A DNA stretch of 63,836 nt from Candidatus Thorarchaeota archaeon (GTDB lineage: Archaea; Asgardarchaeota; Thorarchaeia; Thorarchaeales; Thorarchaeaceae). Below are positions 20,340-29,760 of this stretch, piece after piece (position 1 is the stretch's first letter; every line of letters begins with the position of its first letter). The DNA lies in NCBI GenBank assembly GCA_003345595.1, contig PRDI01000110.1:1-63836 (forward strand), written 5' to 3'. The position numbers were made by a program, and so were the translations under genes. The notes under the pieces were generated by a model. The model ran no database searches. It was not told the DNA's origin and saw only the letters and a list, made by a program, of their open reading frames with translations.

Positions 20340-21590
20340 TTAGACTGTAGTCGCGATGCCGCCCCCGCCGCTGGCCACGGCCGCTGAGTTGGCAACGTAG
20401 ACCATGTCATTGCCGGCCACTGAATCCCAGGCTGACCAGCCAACCAGGGAGCAGGCGTCTATGAGGATCGCTCCCGAGGTGGGCTTTGTGCCGATGAAGG
20501 CACTAGTGAGTGCTCCAATCCCGTTGTCGTTCCAGTTCATGAACCGGCACCGGGCGAAGACCGTCACACCCTGCATCGAGGTCGCCCCGTTAGAGATAAT
20601 GGCACCCTTACCAGCCGTATCCGAATACGACAGGATGTCACAGTCGTAGAACGCGTTCCGGTCGGGAGCCGTCGCTGCCGAGGAACCGGAGAACGAGATG
20701 TTCCCGTTCGCTGCGGCCCTGATGATTGTGTTGGAACCAAAGGTGCATCGCTCGAAGGTGTTCTCCTCGCCGCCGTCGCCCAGGTCGAGGTCATAGGCCC
20801 CAGTCTGAGCAGCGGGCGTCGCGTGGCACGCACCAAGCATGTGCACCCTGTCGAAGTAATTCCTGGCCCCCGTGACTTTGACACCACCAAGCGACCCGAC
20901 CTGTGAGCCATAATTCCCGATTGAGACGTTGAAGAAAGCGTTATTGCTCCCGCTAACCGTGATGTCACTCGGAAGGTAACTGGTGAGCACGCAGGAGACA
21001 GTCTGAGCCTTGGTCTGGACGTTCAGGGTCTCAGAGACCCCAAGACTGAGAGCATCAACGGAGGTAACAGTAAATGTTGCTCCGTTGTTCGAGCCCGAGT
21101 CTGCAATGTAGCCCTTCATCCCTACGACCCAGCCATCGGTGACGAAACTGCCCGTCTCGCGAGTGATGGCATTAGCTGCTTGCGCGAAGGTCGTGCCAGA
21201 ACTGGTGATCTCCTTGGAGGCAATCCTAGCCCGACTAGCCCTTCTGGTCCCTGACGCTAAGCCAAGAACGGTAATGCCGCTCTTGGCCCAGGTGAGAGTC
21301 TGTTTTAGATAACTTGTGGTACCGGCCGAGGTAGTACCCGCCGACATAAGAACGATTCCATCTCCAGCGCCATCAACGCACTTGGCGTACGCTGCAACGA
21401 TGTCCTTGACTGCGGTATCTGGCGTTAAGCCGTCAGCCGCGTTATCTCCCGCTGTTGGATCTACGAAATACCAAGTACCTCTGACCATACTGGGGAGAAA
21501 GCCCTCGAAGCTGTCGAGAAGCGTGCCTAGTTGCGCCGCTTTCAGCGCAGGGCACGCTCCGTTCAGCCTCTCTTTTATACTCGTATCCAT
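20340..21590 (-). CDS. Capsid decoration/head fibre protein with beta-helix
   Basis: Directly after MCP; N-terminal LNGACPALKAAQLGTLL, then YFVDPTAGDNAADGLTPDTA and pectate-lyase-like repeats. Confidence 0.6.
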   Translation of the reverse strand: MDTSIKERLNGACPALKAAQLGTLLDSFEGFLPSMVRGTWYFVDPTAGDNAADGLTPDTAVKDIVAAYAKCVDGAGDGIVLMSAGTTSAGTTSYLKQTLTWAKSGITVLGLASGTRRASRARIASKEITSSGTTFAQAANAITRETGSFVTDGWVVGMKGYIADSGSNNGATFTVTSVDALSLGVSETLNVQTKAQTVSCVLTSYLPSDITVSGSNNAFFNVSIGNYGSQVGSLGGVKVTGARNYFDRVHMLGACHATPAAQTGAYDLDLGDGGEENTFERCTFGSNTIIRAAANGNISFSGSSAATAPDRNAFYDCDILSYSDTAGKGAIISNGATSMQGVTVFARCRFMNWNDNGIGALTSAFIGTKPTSGAILIDACSLVGWSAWDSVAGNDMVYVANSAAVASGGGGIATTV

Positions 21591-21614
21591 TCTCTCCCTC
21601 CTTTTTTTGGAAGA

Positions 21615-21650
21615 GTAAAGGGGGCTCCGCCTTACTCGAATGAGCCCCTC
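21615..21650 (-). terminator. Hairpin/terminator after the major capsid gene
   Basis: GGGGCTC/GAGCCCC stem followed by CTTT on the minus strand. Confidence 0.5.
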
Positions 21651-21659
21651 AACCGTTGA

Positions 21660-23096
21660 TCAGAACCAACCTCCGTTGGTCGGGCAGACGTTCTTAATCC
21701 TAATGTGCTGGACGGGCTTCTTAAGCGCCATCGCACCGTAGAGGATCATGAGGAACGGGTAAACTGCCGCGTTGACCGGGTAGAGGTCGAACTTCATGAG
21801 TGGGAGGAACTGGAACCACTCGATCGCGTCAAACGACGGATCCAAGGTAAGAAGGTAAACATCAGAGCAGCCAGGCAGATCCGCGTTGAGATCGCTGAGG
21901 GTCTGATAAACCTGACCAGAGTCAAGTGCATAAGCCACCTCGCTCATGAATTTGACCTCGGCCCCAGTAGTACCACCAACTTTGGACCGATAAATCTTCC
22001 ACGCAGTCGGGACGATGACACCAGGAGTCGCTTGGAAGGTAACCTTGTCCCCAGCTGCAACGCCGGTCACAAGAACCTCCGCTGAGGCAACTGAGTCACC
22101 ATACTTGTTGACACCAACGACCTTGTAGACGTAATCACCTGCGTCAGCTGAACCAAACTTCGATGATGCGTCCGCTCCATGAGCAACACCAGCAACGGTG
22201 GGCTGGCTGGGGCATTTCGTAGTAAGGGTTGAAGCGACAGGAATGCTCCCCTCCTGGATGAATACATCATCCAGAACCTCAGGATTACCAAAGGGAGTGG
22301 GGAAGTTGATGGGGAAGGTGGCCCCAGCTACTCCACCGACTGCTCCGGCGCCAGGAAGACCAAGTTGGCTGGGCGCTCCGACGGCAGGAAGAGGCACACG
22401 ATATTTGTCTCGAAGCATGTGCGAAATGTCTGTGGTCACTTTGATAGATGACAAGAGCAGATTGCCTTTACCATAACTGGCACGAATGGTGCCAAGGCCC
22501 TCAGTAATCTTATTCTCGAACGTCTCCCTATCGGCGTGACCACCTCGGAAGTCGATGACGTTCGTGGACGGAATCTGGACTTTCAGACCATCGGGCTGCT
22601 CAGAGATGAATGAAGAATTTCCATCAAAGAGGCCCTTCTCGACATTTCGGATGATCCAACGCGTACCGGCATCTTTTTCAATAGCCATTGCGTTCTCGGT
22701 CATCTCACTCATCGCAGCCTGGAGAGTGACCTGCCTATAGGTCTGCAAGTACTTCGCGACTGCAAACATACGAGCGATTGTTTGATCGGACGATTCAGAA
22801 GTGCCCCCCTCGGTTACCCATGCACCATCATCCTGACCAACTTCAGTACGCGTGTTCCACTGGCGTACGACCGATTTGACTGGGGTCTTCTTGAGCCTCT
22901 GGAAAAGCCTCGCCTCGTCCTGCGAAAACAGGATATTAACGAGAGTGAAATCCAAGGATTCTGGAGTGAGCGCACGCCCACCCGTAAACGCTGAGGCATC
23001 AACGCCAGTTCCGGCAGTCAAAGCCTTGCTCAGTAACTCCATAGTCTCAGAGTTACTCTGGGCGAAGCCGTTATAATTTCTCTCGAAGAGATCCAT
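21660..23096 (-). CDS. Major capsid protein (SPO1/Herelleviridae-like)
   Basis: LSKALTAG..GGRALTPESLD, EKGLFDGN..QPDGL, FLPLMKFDL..LYGAMAL..RIKNV. Confidence 0.92.
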   Translation of the reverse strand: MDLFERNYNGFAQSNSETMELLSKALTAGTGVDASAFTGGRALTPESLDFTLVNILFSQDEARLFQRLKKTPVKSVVRQWNTRTEVGQDDGAWVTEGGTSESSDQTIARMFAVAKYLQTYRQVTLQAAMSEMTENAMAIEKDAGTRWIIRNVEKGLFDGNSSFISEQPDGLKVQIPSTNVIDFRGGHADRETFENKITEGLGTIRASYGKGNLLLSSIKVTTDISHMLRDKYRVPLPAVGAPSQLGLPGAGAVGGVAGATFPINFPTPFGNPEVLDDVFIQEGSIPVASTLTTKCPSQPTVAGVAHGADASSKFGSADAGDYVYKVVGVNKYGDSVASAEVLVTGVAAGDKVTFQATPGVIVPTAWKIYRSKVGGTTGAEVKFMSEVAYALDSGQVYQTLSDLNADLPGCSDVYLLTLDPSFDAIEWFQFLPLMKFDLYPVNAAVYPFLMILYGAMALKKPVQHIRIKNVCPTNGGWF

Positions 23097-23113
23097 TCTA
23101 GTCCTCCTTTACC

Positions 23114-23902
23114 TTATACTTTCTTCGCGAAGAGCGGCTTCATGCTCTCCGGAATGCCACCACCAGATTGGAGGCGACTCTCGAGAATTGAGATGTCAGT
23201 CGTGGATATCTCGCCCTTACGACAGAGCTCTGTAGCCTTCGCCATGACTTCCATGACAGTCATCTCAGCACCACCTTCCTCTACCTGGAAGCGATCACCG
23301 CCCTTGCGCAAACGCGCCATAGATGGGATCTCAATGGAGCCGAACTTGGCGATATCAGTCTTGATGCTTTTCTGCATCTCGGCGTTCGCCAGGACAGCTT
23401 TCCCGATAGCTTTAACGATGCTTGAGAGCTCAGACACTGACTTCTCAAGCTTGGCCAAGCGATCGAGGGGTTTCCTCGCCTTCTCGAGACTCTCGCCGAT
23501 TTCGTGGGCGAGAGACTTGAGGTAGGGCTCGATGTCCATTGCGATCTCTGCCTCAGGATCATCTTCGGCCACTGCCTCCTCAAAAGACTTCTTGGCCGGG
23601 GGAGGTGTACTCTCAGACTCGCTCTCCTCAGTCGAGATTGACTCCTCTTCCTCCTGCTCGGCGCCCTCGCCCTTGTCAGATGCAGACATTGCCTTAGCCA
23701 AGATCGTTTGGGCCTTCTTGAGCTCGTCCGCGGTGGCGCCAGACTTGGCGAGGATGGCATTAGCCTCCTCGAGCTCCTTCTTGTCCACGGCGGGGGTGGC
23801 TCCGTCCCCGAGGGACTTCCTCAGATCCTCACACGCCTCGTTCCAGCTCTTTTCGAGAGTGGCCGCGTCGAGGTTCTGATCTTTATTCTCCTTGCCGTCC
23901 AT
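23114..23902 (-). CDS. Capsid scaffold protein
   Basis: Acidic coiled coil between protease and MCP, with many xxK-[SA] motifs. Confidence 0.75.
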   Translation of the reverse strand: MDGKENKDQNLDAATLEKSWNEACEDLRKSLGDGATPAVDKKELEEANAILAKSGATADELKKAQTILAKAMSASDKGEGAEQEEEESISTEESESESTPPPAKKSFEEAVAEDDPEAEIAMDIEPYLKSLAHEIGESLEKARKPLDRLAKLEKSVSELSSIVKAIGKAVLANAEMQKSIKTDIAKFGSIEIPSMARLRKGGDRFQVEEGGAEMTVMEVMAKATELCRKGEISTTDISILESRLQSGGGIPESMKPLFAKKV

Positions 23903-23915
23903 CTAAATACCTCCT

Positions 23916-24719
23916 CTAGGATTTCTTCGTGAGCTTTGCGAATATGAAGTTCATGACCTGGTCAGTCGAGACTCCCAACGGGACTGTCTCCGCGACCCAG
24001 GCACGAGTGTCTTGATAACTCCCCAGCGTACCCTCCTTTACTCCCTTGAGGAAGGCTTTGAATAGCTTTGTCATCTCCGGTTCGCCGAACTTGGCACCTT
24101 GGAGTGACTCGCCAATCAAGGCCCTGCCCCCCGAGAACGAACTCGCGTCTACGCCGCCTCCCGCAGTCAAACTCTTGGCAAAGGATGTGAAAGGGACAAG
24201 TTGAACATGTCCGAGTGTCGTATCATTGACAGGCTTGTGGGTGATGGCAGTGTCGTCCCAGATAACGCGGCGAATGAATTTCTGCGCGTTCTCAATCGCC
24301 TTCTTCAGGATATAACCCCCAATGGAAGCGCCGAAGCGGGAGGTCTTCGATAGAACATTCTCCATGACCCCCTGCGCTCGCTTGTTCTCTTTGTAGAGCA
24401 TCGCTTTCACCAAGGTTGACTTGGCTGAGGTGAAGGCTACGTCCAGAGGCTCGCCGATGATGTATGCTGGATCCTTCTGGAGCTTGTGCTGATGGTCCCA
24501 GGAGATCACTCCGTGTGTCATGTAGTAGTTGGCGGCGTCCTTCAACGCCTTCATGACCGTGATCTCTTCCTCCTGGTCCTGCTGCTCGTTCGACGCCTCG
24601 AGGTAGACGACCCATTTGGAGCCCTCTTCCTCCGCCTTGATCAGCGTCGCGGAAGCGAAGCCGGCGTAGAACGGGTTGTCAGATTCTATGTCAATTGGAA
24701 GATCTGGAAATCCTCTCAT
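23916..24719 (-). CDS. Prohead maturation protease
   Basis: ASNEQQDQEEE, ISWDH, IIGEP, GASIGG, AITHKPVN. Confidence 0.85.
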   Translation of the reverse strand: MRGFPDLPIDIESDNPFYAGFASATLIKAEEEGSKWVVYLEASNEQQDQEEEITVMKALKDAANYYMTHGVISWDHQHKLQKDPAYIIGEPLDVAFTSAKSTLVKAMLYKENKRAQGVMENVLSKTSRFGASIGGYILKKAIENAQKFIRRVIWDDTAITHKPVNDTTLGHVQLVPFTSFAKSLTAGGGVDASSFSGGRALIGESLQGAKFGEPEMTKLFKAFLKGVKEGTLGSYQDTRAWVAETVPLGVSTDQVMNFIFAKLTKKS

Positions 24720-24737
24720 CCACTCACTCCTAGTTAC

Positions 24738-24805
24738 AAAGAAAAAGCCGTCATCCGTTTAGATCGGCGAAGATGACCAATCTATAAAAGACGGATGACG
24801 GCTTT
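24738..24805 (-). terminator. Leader hairpin/attenuator upstream of the protease gene
   Basis: Perfect 15-bp inverted repeat AAAGCCGTCATCCGT (24744-58 and 24791-805), followed by TTCTTT. Confidence 0.7.
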
Positions 24806-24825
24806 CTGGAAGCTCGACAATATTA

Positions 24826-24854
24826 AGTATAGGGGAACTTCAACAAACTGTAAA
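24826..24854 (-). promoter_or_regulatory. Sigma70-like promoter TTTACA-N17-TATACT
   Basis: Near-consensus hexamers with exact 17-bp spacing, upstream of the head operon. Confidence 0.7.
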
Positions 24855-24871
24855 CCCCTTCTACAACCTTT

Positions 24872-25051
24872 TTAGAACCGATTGATTTTACCACACCGTC
24901 GACACTTCACTTCAATACCCATAGGCTGCTCCGACTTCAGGAGTGGTATCTTTGCTTTGAACAACAAGGCTGAGCAGTCCCTACACCGGATATGCTCGAC
25001 GTAATCCGAGTGGACGACGAGCTTGACCCTCACCTTCTTAGCCTCTCCCAT
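24872..25051 (-). CDS. Com-family zinc-ribbon regulator (59 aa, not in ORF track)
   Basis: MGEAKK...IRCRDCSALLFKAK...IEVKCRRCGKINRF matches the Mu Com pattern; GGGGAG RBS. Confidence 0.75.
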   Translation of the reverse strand: MGEAKKVRVKLVVHSDYVEHIRCRDCSALLFKAKIPLLKSEQPMGIEVKCRRCGKINRF

Positions 25052-25061
25052 GGACTCCCCT

Positions 25062-25307
25062 TTACCACAAATCTTCTGAACTGAGGCAGCTCTTCAGGAT
25101 CTCGGTCTGGCCGGCCTCAAAGGCGAGGACAGCAGCGTCGTATCGATCGACGAACCGCCCCTCGGAAGTGAGAAAGCCCTGCTCGGACTGGCGGACTGGC
25201 ATGCCCAAACCTTCGTTAAACATCTGCTCGATGATCTTATTATGTCTCTCGCCGGTCCAGACCTTTTCCCCTCTCTTGCAAGCCGCGGAGACGATCTTCT
25301 CGTTCAC
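25062..25307 (-). CDS. Hypothetical phage protein
   Basis: GERH..QGFLTSEGRFVDR..LSSEDLW. Confidence 0.65.
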   Translation of the reverse strand: MNEKIVSAACKRGEKVWTGERHNKIIEQMFNEGLGMPVRQSEQGFLTSEGRFVDRYDAAVLAFEAGQTEILKSCLSSEDLW

Positions 25308-26680
25308 GACGTCACTTCCTTAGCTTTCTTCCCCAGCTCCTTCAACGCCCTTGCCCGCTCATCTTTGAAGAGCGGTGTTTTGTAGTAGTCTTCCCTCTCA
25401 GTCAGGTGATCCTTAGCAATGTACTTCGCGGCGTCGAAGTTGTTTGTGTGCTCGCCCTCGATCCAGATCCCAATAGCCAACTCAGTCTGGTTGAAGTCCG
25501 AGTCGGGCCGCTTCGATCCTTTCCCAGTGAAGATGTCAGCCAACTTTATCATTATCTTCTCCTCTGGCTCCTTGACCGACTTCCCTAAACCAAGGAGTTC
25601 TTTCATCTCCGGGTAGTACCGAGTCCACGAGCACCGGCAATGAGGGTGAAGCGGCGTGCACGCCCAGAGGTTGGAACCCTTCCTCCCGATGTTGTTCTTA
25701 CCTATCCAAATAACATCATACTCTTCGCCATCAATCTTCATCGTCCCGCTCGGCGTAGGCTCATCGGAGAGAACTACGACCTGCTTATTGATGAGCCGCA
25801 TGCAGTCAGAACAAGCACCAGGGGCAGAGATGCCGATCATGTAGACCGTCTCCCCTTCCTTCCTGTCCCCTGTCTCTTCCATAAGAATCCCAGCGTTGAC
25901 ATTGGTCGCAATTTCAGTCTCGGCTATCATCCTCCAATCGCGGTTTAGGTCAGCAAACTCGTCGAATAGTGCGACCTCGAGCTGCCTAGTAGTCTGCTTG
26001 TTCTTAATCGCATTCAAGATAGTCGTCGAGATCTTCTTCCGTGCCGACGCCTCCAAGTCGACCATCTGCTCCGCAGCATGCTGGCGGCCGAAGGTGTAGG
26101 CGTTCTGCCACATGTCGTCCTTTGGTAGTTGGAGTGCAGTGGGGATCTGATCCAGGGAGGAAGTCATCCTCGACTCGTAATCCATACCCTGCAAGATCTT
26201 GCCGAGGAGCATAGCCTTGCGGACCAAGACGTCAGGCTGGTCCTTGAAAATCCGAGCCATTGACTGGTCCAAGGTCTTCACCACCTCGTCCCACTGTTTC
26301 TGCGTCAGTGGCTTCCCTGTCTTCGGACTGATAAAGATCCTACCGTTCAGCTTGAAAAGCTGATCTGCCGGCACTGCTTTGTGAAACTCACCCGTCTGGT
26401 GAAGCCACTGACGCCGAATAGTGAGGAAAAGGGCGAGGAGTCGGTCGGAGACGACAGTAGTTGCCTGCTCCTCGAACTGCTGGTGAGCCTTCCAGGGACT
26501 TGTCTCCTGGTGAGTATGTGGTACGCGCGTCGGTGCAACAGCTTTTCGGGGTGCCAACTTGTGAGCACGAGCCTTCTCCAATCTGCTCGCCGAGACATAG
26601 AGTGCTACCTTGGTCACGACTCCTCCGTATCCTTCGACTTGATCGGGATGGTCAGGCGAATAGATTTCATCACCTTCCAT
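25304..26680 (-). CDS. MuF/SPP1 gp7-like minor head protein with C-terminal DUF5661-like domain
   Basis: NRDWRMIAETE, ACSDC, PLHPHCRCSW; C-terminal ELAIGIWIEGEHT..IAKDHLTEREDYY. Confidence 0.8.
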   Translation of the reverse strand: MEGDEIYSPDHPDQVEGYGGVVTKVALYVSASRLEKARAHKLAPRKAVAPTRVPHTHQETSPWKAHQQFEEQATTVVSDRLLALFLTIRRQWLHQTGEFHKAVPADQLFKLNGRIFISPKTGKPLTQKQWDEVVKTLDQSMARIFKDQPDVLVRKAMLLGKILQGMDYESRMTSSLDQIPTALQLPKDDMWQNAYTFGRQHAAEQMVDLEASARKKISTTILNAIKNKQTTRQLEVALFDEFADLNRDWRMIAETEIATNVNAGILMEETGDRKEGETVYMIGISAPGACSDCMRLINKQVVVLSDEPTPSGTMKIDGEEYDVIWIGKNNIGRKGSNLWACTPLHPHCRCSWTRYYPEMKELLGLGKSVKEPEEKIMIKLADIFTGKGSKRPDSDFNQTELAIGIWIEGEHTNNFDAAKYIAKDHLTEREDYYKTPLFKDERARALKELGKKAKEVTS

Positions 26681-27240
26681 CCCTTCTCGGTCTTCATGTA
26701 CCTCTTGCCGTTCTGGACCTTGACCGAGCCCATCGGTGTACTCGCCTTCCGTGCCTTCTTCGGCCCACCAAAGCCGAAGCCCTTCCGCCTAAACCCTTTC
26801 TCAAGCTCCTCGAGGATCTCATCCACACTATAAATACTCTTAGCAAAGGTTAGGGCGGAGGCCGGGACGCGGAAGACGTTTCCTGCCTCGTTCACTACGC
26901 GCACAAAGTCTTCGCCGATCTCTTTGATCGTTCCCACCACTCCTCGACCCAAACTCCTCAGATGAGAACTTTTAATCTGGACCTTCTGCCCTACCTTCAG
27001 CGGGGCCTTGCCGACGTCCTTGTGTTCCTTGACTTTCTCCTCGAACGCCTCAGCTTTCTTCGGATCGTTCGTAATTTTCATCTCATCCATATAATAATAG
27101 CCGTCAGACTTCTTGGTCAACTTGAATGAGTCAATTTGTTCCTGGGTGTAGAAATACTTAGACCCTACTTTCTTGATGTACTTGTGGTTTGCTCGCTCGG
27201 CTTTTTTCAAGACTTCCCAAACGATCTTACTCATACTCAA
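26614..27240 (-). CDS. Putative internal head protein (basic, SH3/KOW-like core)
   Basis: LKKA..HKYIKKVGSKYFY, LKVGQKVQI, and C-terminal KASTPMGSVK..GKRYMKTEKGW. Confidence 0.6.
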   Translation of the reverse strand: MSMSKIVWEVLKKAERANHKYIKKVGSKYFYTQEQIDSFKLTKKSDGYYYMDEMKITNDPKKAEAFEEKVKEHKDVGKAPLKVGQKVQIKSSHLRSLGRGVVGTIKEIGEDFVRVVNEAGNVFRVPASALTFAKSIYSVDEILEELEKGFRRKGFGFGGPKKARKASTPMGSVKVQNGKRYMKTEKGWKVMKSIRLTIPIKSKDTEES

Positions 27241-27244
27241 TCTC

Positions 27245-27349
27245 CTAAATGATTAAGGTGACCAAAACAAGTACACCTAGAACAGTAAAGAGGTAGACCC
27301 AGATCTCCTTGAAGGCTAGACAAAGTTGACTAACTACCTTCTTCTTCAT
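27245..27349 (-). CDS. 34-aa single-TM peptide
   Basis: MKKKVVSQLCLAFKEIWVYLFTVLGVLVLVTLII; ATGA overlap with the upstream gene. Confidence 0.45.
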   Translation of the reverse strand: MKKKVVSQLCLAFKEIWVYLFTVLGVLVLVTLII

Positions 27350-27534
27350 CTCTCATTCCCCCACAAGATCGGAAACATCTTCGCGATTTCCTGCTGCTCC
27401 TCGTAGGAGATGATGTTTCTGCTAAGCATATACTTCAGCAGGTGAACAATTGCATTCTCGAGAGGTGTGTGCTTCGAGTCGTCCCAGTTGTCTACGATGG
27501 GTTTTTGCTCCGTCCCACCTACTGTTAAAGCCAT
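27346..27534 (-). CDS. Hypothetical protein
   Basis: Tightly packed ORF with RBS. Confidence 0.55.
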   Translation of the reverse strand: MALTVGGTEQKPIVDNWDDSKHTPLENAIVHLLKYMLSRNIISYEEQQEIAKMFPILWGNER

Positions 27535-27537
27535 GCT

Positions 27538-27873
27538 TTATTTCCCTTCATATTCTTCGACTGCACGTTTCACTATATCAAGTGCCATCTTCTTCTTTTC
27601 TTTCTCAGTCCTATTTGTTTTGGCTGCGGCTTCTTGCGCCATAGACAATGTCTTTTTCCAGTCGAATCCATTCTTTTCCCCATCGGCTAGAATTGCCTTG
27701 ACAGCATCCTTTATTGGGTCATTATCACTGTCTGCATTATCTAAGAAAGACAATGTCTTGTCCTTTCCACCTTCTTTATATATATACACCCACTCCCCAT
27801 TTGGACCACGGTAACGACGAAGGTACTTCGATTTCATCAACATCTGAATCTGCGATGGCCTCAGGCGCTCCAT
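27538..27873 (-). CDS. Putative internal head protein
   Basis: LMKSKYLRRYRGPNGEWVYIY module shared with neighbours. Confidence 0.6.
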   Translation of the reverse strand: MERLRPSQIQMLMKSKYLRRYRGPNGEWVYIYKEGGKDKTLSFLDNADSDNDPIKDAVKAILADGEKNGFDWKKTLSMAQEAAAKTNRTEKEKKKMALDIVKRAVEEYEGK

Positions 27874-27874
27874 C

Positions 27875-29758
27875 TCACTCTCCCTTCGGCTTCTCCATGA
27901 AACCCTTATCCAACTCCACGTAGGGTGGGAGAGCTTTCTCCGCCACCAGGTACTCCCACCTTCTAGCGAAGATCACTCTGCCTTTCGAGGCTATTCCATA
28001 TTTGACCATCTGGACAAGGATCTCCCTCTTCTTCTCCTGGCTGAACAAGCGGACGATATCGTCCATGAGGGCGAGTGTCTGGTGCTCGTTCAGATACCAA
28101 TGAGGCCGGGAGCGATAGCCCTCGAACAGACCATACTCCGCCTTCTCCGGGAAGCTTAGATCGTTGTCGATGGCCCAGAACTTGCCGCTGTCATCCACCA
28201 GCCAGTTGCGGCGGTGGCGATCGGTAGCACAGATCAACCAGTCTAAAACGGCGAGCTTCTGCCACTCGCGGACGTAGACATCTTTGTACTCCAGGCCTGA
28301 CGCTTTCCACGTGTCGGCATAGACCATGCTCATCGCGGAGCCGATCTTCCCATCAACTCGCCTGACTACGACTGGGGGCACGTTCTGCAAGCCCAGGATC
28401 TCCGACACTAGGTACGCAAGTCGTTCCCGCTTCCACTCCGTACCGGCTGGGATGTTGCCCTTCCTAACATCGCGGTCCTGCTTAGTCTTCCACGCTGCCT
28501 CGACGATCGTTCCTGTCGGGCTGAGCAGGATGAGCTTCTGTGTCTTCCCGCTCTTCGCGCCTGGCATGTCCTGAACCTTGACCACTGCTCCCTTGTATAA
28601 ATCCTCCTCGCCTAGCGAGTAGTAGACAGTGGGTTTTGCTAGTACCAGGCGAGCTGTTACGTCAAGAGTGGCTTTAATCAAGATCCCCTGCTTCTTCTCC
28701 TCAGGTCCGGGCTCAGTGGTCTTCTGCTTGGCGAATGCCTTCTCAAGGAGTGGCTTCAGCTTGACAAATTCTGAGGGTGAGAAGTCCGTCCTGTACGGAG
28801 CTTGTACCATGCGAATTGCAGGCTTCTCACCCGAGTTCTTGACGTGATAATAGACATACTCCGCGCCCAAGCGAGCAATCATCTCCCCGACGTCGCTGTA
28901 GTAAGTCTTGCCTCGCTTGATGTCCAGCGCGACGAACTTCTGGTAGCTCTTCGTGGCTTTCAGCGCGTTGATGAGCGCGAGCTGGGCTTCCATACGCTCC
29001 TTGTAGTCCTCTGCTCCGCCAGTGGCATCGAGATGATGGAAGTACTCGTGCACGAAGCTGTCCTTGTACTTCGGACTCAACTCGATGCGGTGCTCATTCT
29101 CTTGGTAGTATGCCTTGCAGAGGCCCCCGTTCAAGCGAAGGTTCCCGTCCTTGTCAAGTGCGTCTTTCTCGAAACCGATTGTGAGCAGCCTCTTGTTGAT
29201 GAAACCTAGGTCGTGGAGGGTGTCGAGCTGGTAGAAGATTGAGTGCCAAGCAGCTTTGTTCTCCTTGGTAATCTTGTCCTCGATTGATACTTTGAACTTG
29301 TCACTAGCATAATTGTACATCTGCTCGACAGACATCTTCTCATAGGTACTCATCCTGGGGAACGCGATCCCCTTCTCCTCCGCACCCTGGGCCCAGTTCT
29401 CCTCAACCCACTTGCGGTACTCGGGATTATTCACGCCCCCGTTAGCCTGCCACTCCTTCCTCAGGTCAGGAGGGATCGGGTGAGCTTTCACCTTGGCAGG
29501 ATCGACTGCGATGTTCGTCGATGCCTTGGATGTCGAGGGCTTCTGGGGTTGTTGCTGTCCGCCACCGGCCTTGGGCTCGGCGTGGATGATTGGAAGCCCG
29601 TTCTTCCTAGCTTCTTCCTCCGCTGCCTTCGCCTTGGCTGATCCCATCTTACCCACGTACTCCCAGCCCTTGGTCCCGCCAACCTTCCTGAAGGTCTCAC
29701 CGTTCGCGTAGTGGCGAATAGCCCCCGTGGGCATGGCCCGAGCCTTCAGCAAGACCAT
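27875..29758 (-). CDS. Polyvalent head protein: N-terminal targeting module, zincin/LPD1-like metallopeptidase, HipA/PI3-4-kinase-like domain
   Basis: FVHEYFHHLD...EMIARL; AAWK, RERLAY, VPPVV, LDWLICATDRHRRNWL, AIDNDLSFP. Confidence 0.75.
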   Translation of the reverse strand: MVLLKARAMPTGAIRHYANGETFRKVGGTKGWEYVGKMGSAKAKAAEEEARKNGLPIIHAEPKAGGGQQQPQKPSTSKASTNIAVDPAKVKAHPIPPDLRKEWQANGGVNNPEYRKWVEENWAQGAEEKGIAFPRMSTYEKMSVEQMYNYASDKFKVSIEDKITKENKAAWHSIFYQLDTLHDLGFINKRLLTIGFEKDALDKDGNLRLNGGLCKAYYQENEHRIELSPKYKDSFVHEYFHHLDATGGAEDYKERMEAQLALINALKATKSYQKFVALDIKRGKTYYSDVGEMIARLGAEYVYYHVKNSGEKPAIRMVQAPYRTDFSPSEFVKLKPLLEKAFAKQKTTEPGPEEKKQGILIKATLDVTARLVLAKPTVYYSLGEEDLYKGAVVKVQDMPGAKSGKTQKLILLSPTGTIVEAAWKTKQDRDVRKGNIPAGTEWKRERLAYLVSEILGLQNVPPVVVRRVDGKIGSAMSMVYADTWKASGLEYKDVYVREWQKLAVLDWLICATDRHRRNWLVDDSGKFWAIDNDLSFPEKAEYGLFEGYRSRPHWYLNEHQTLALMDDIVRLFSQEKKREILVQMVKYGIASKGRVIFARRWEYLVAEKALPPYVELDKGFMEKPKGE

Positions 29759-29760
29759 GA

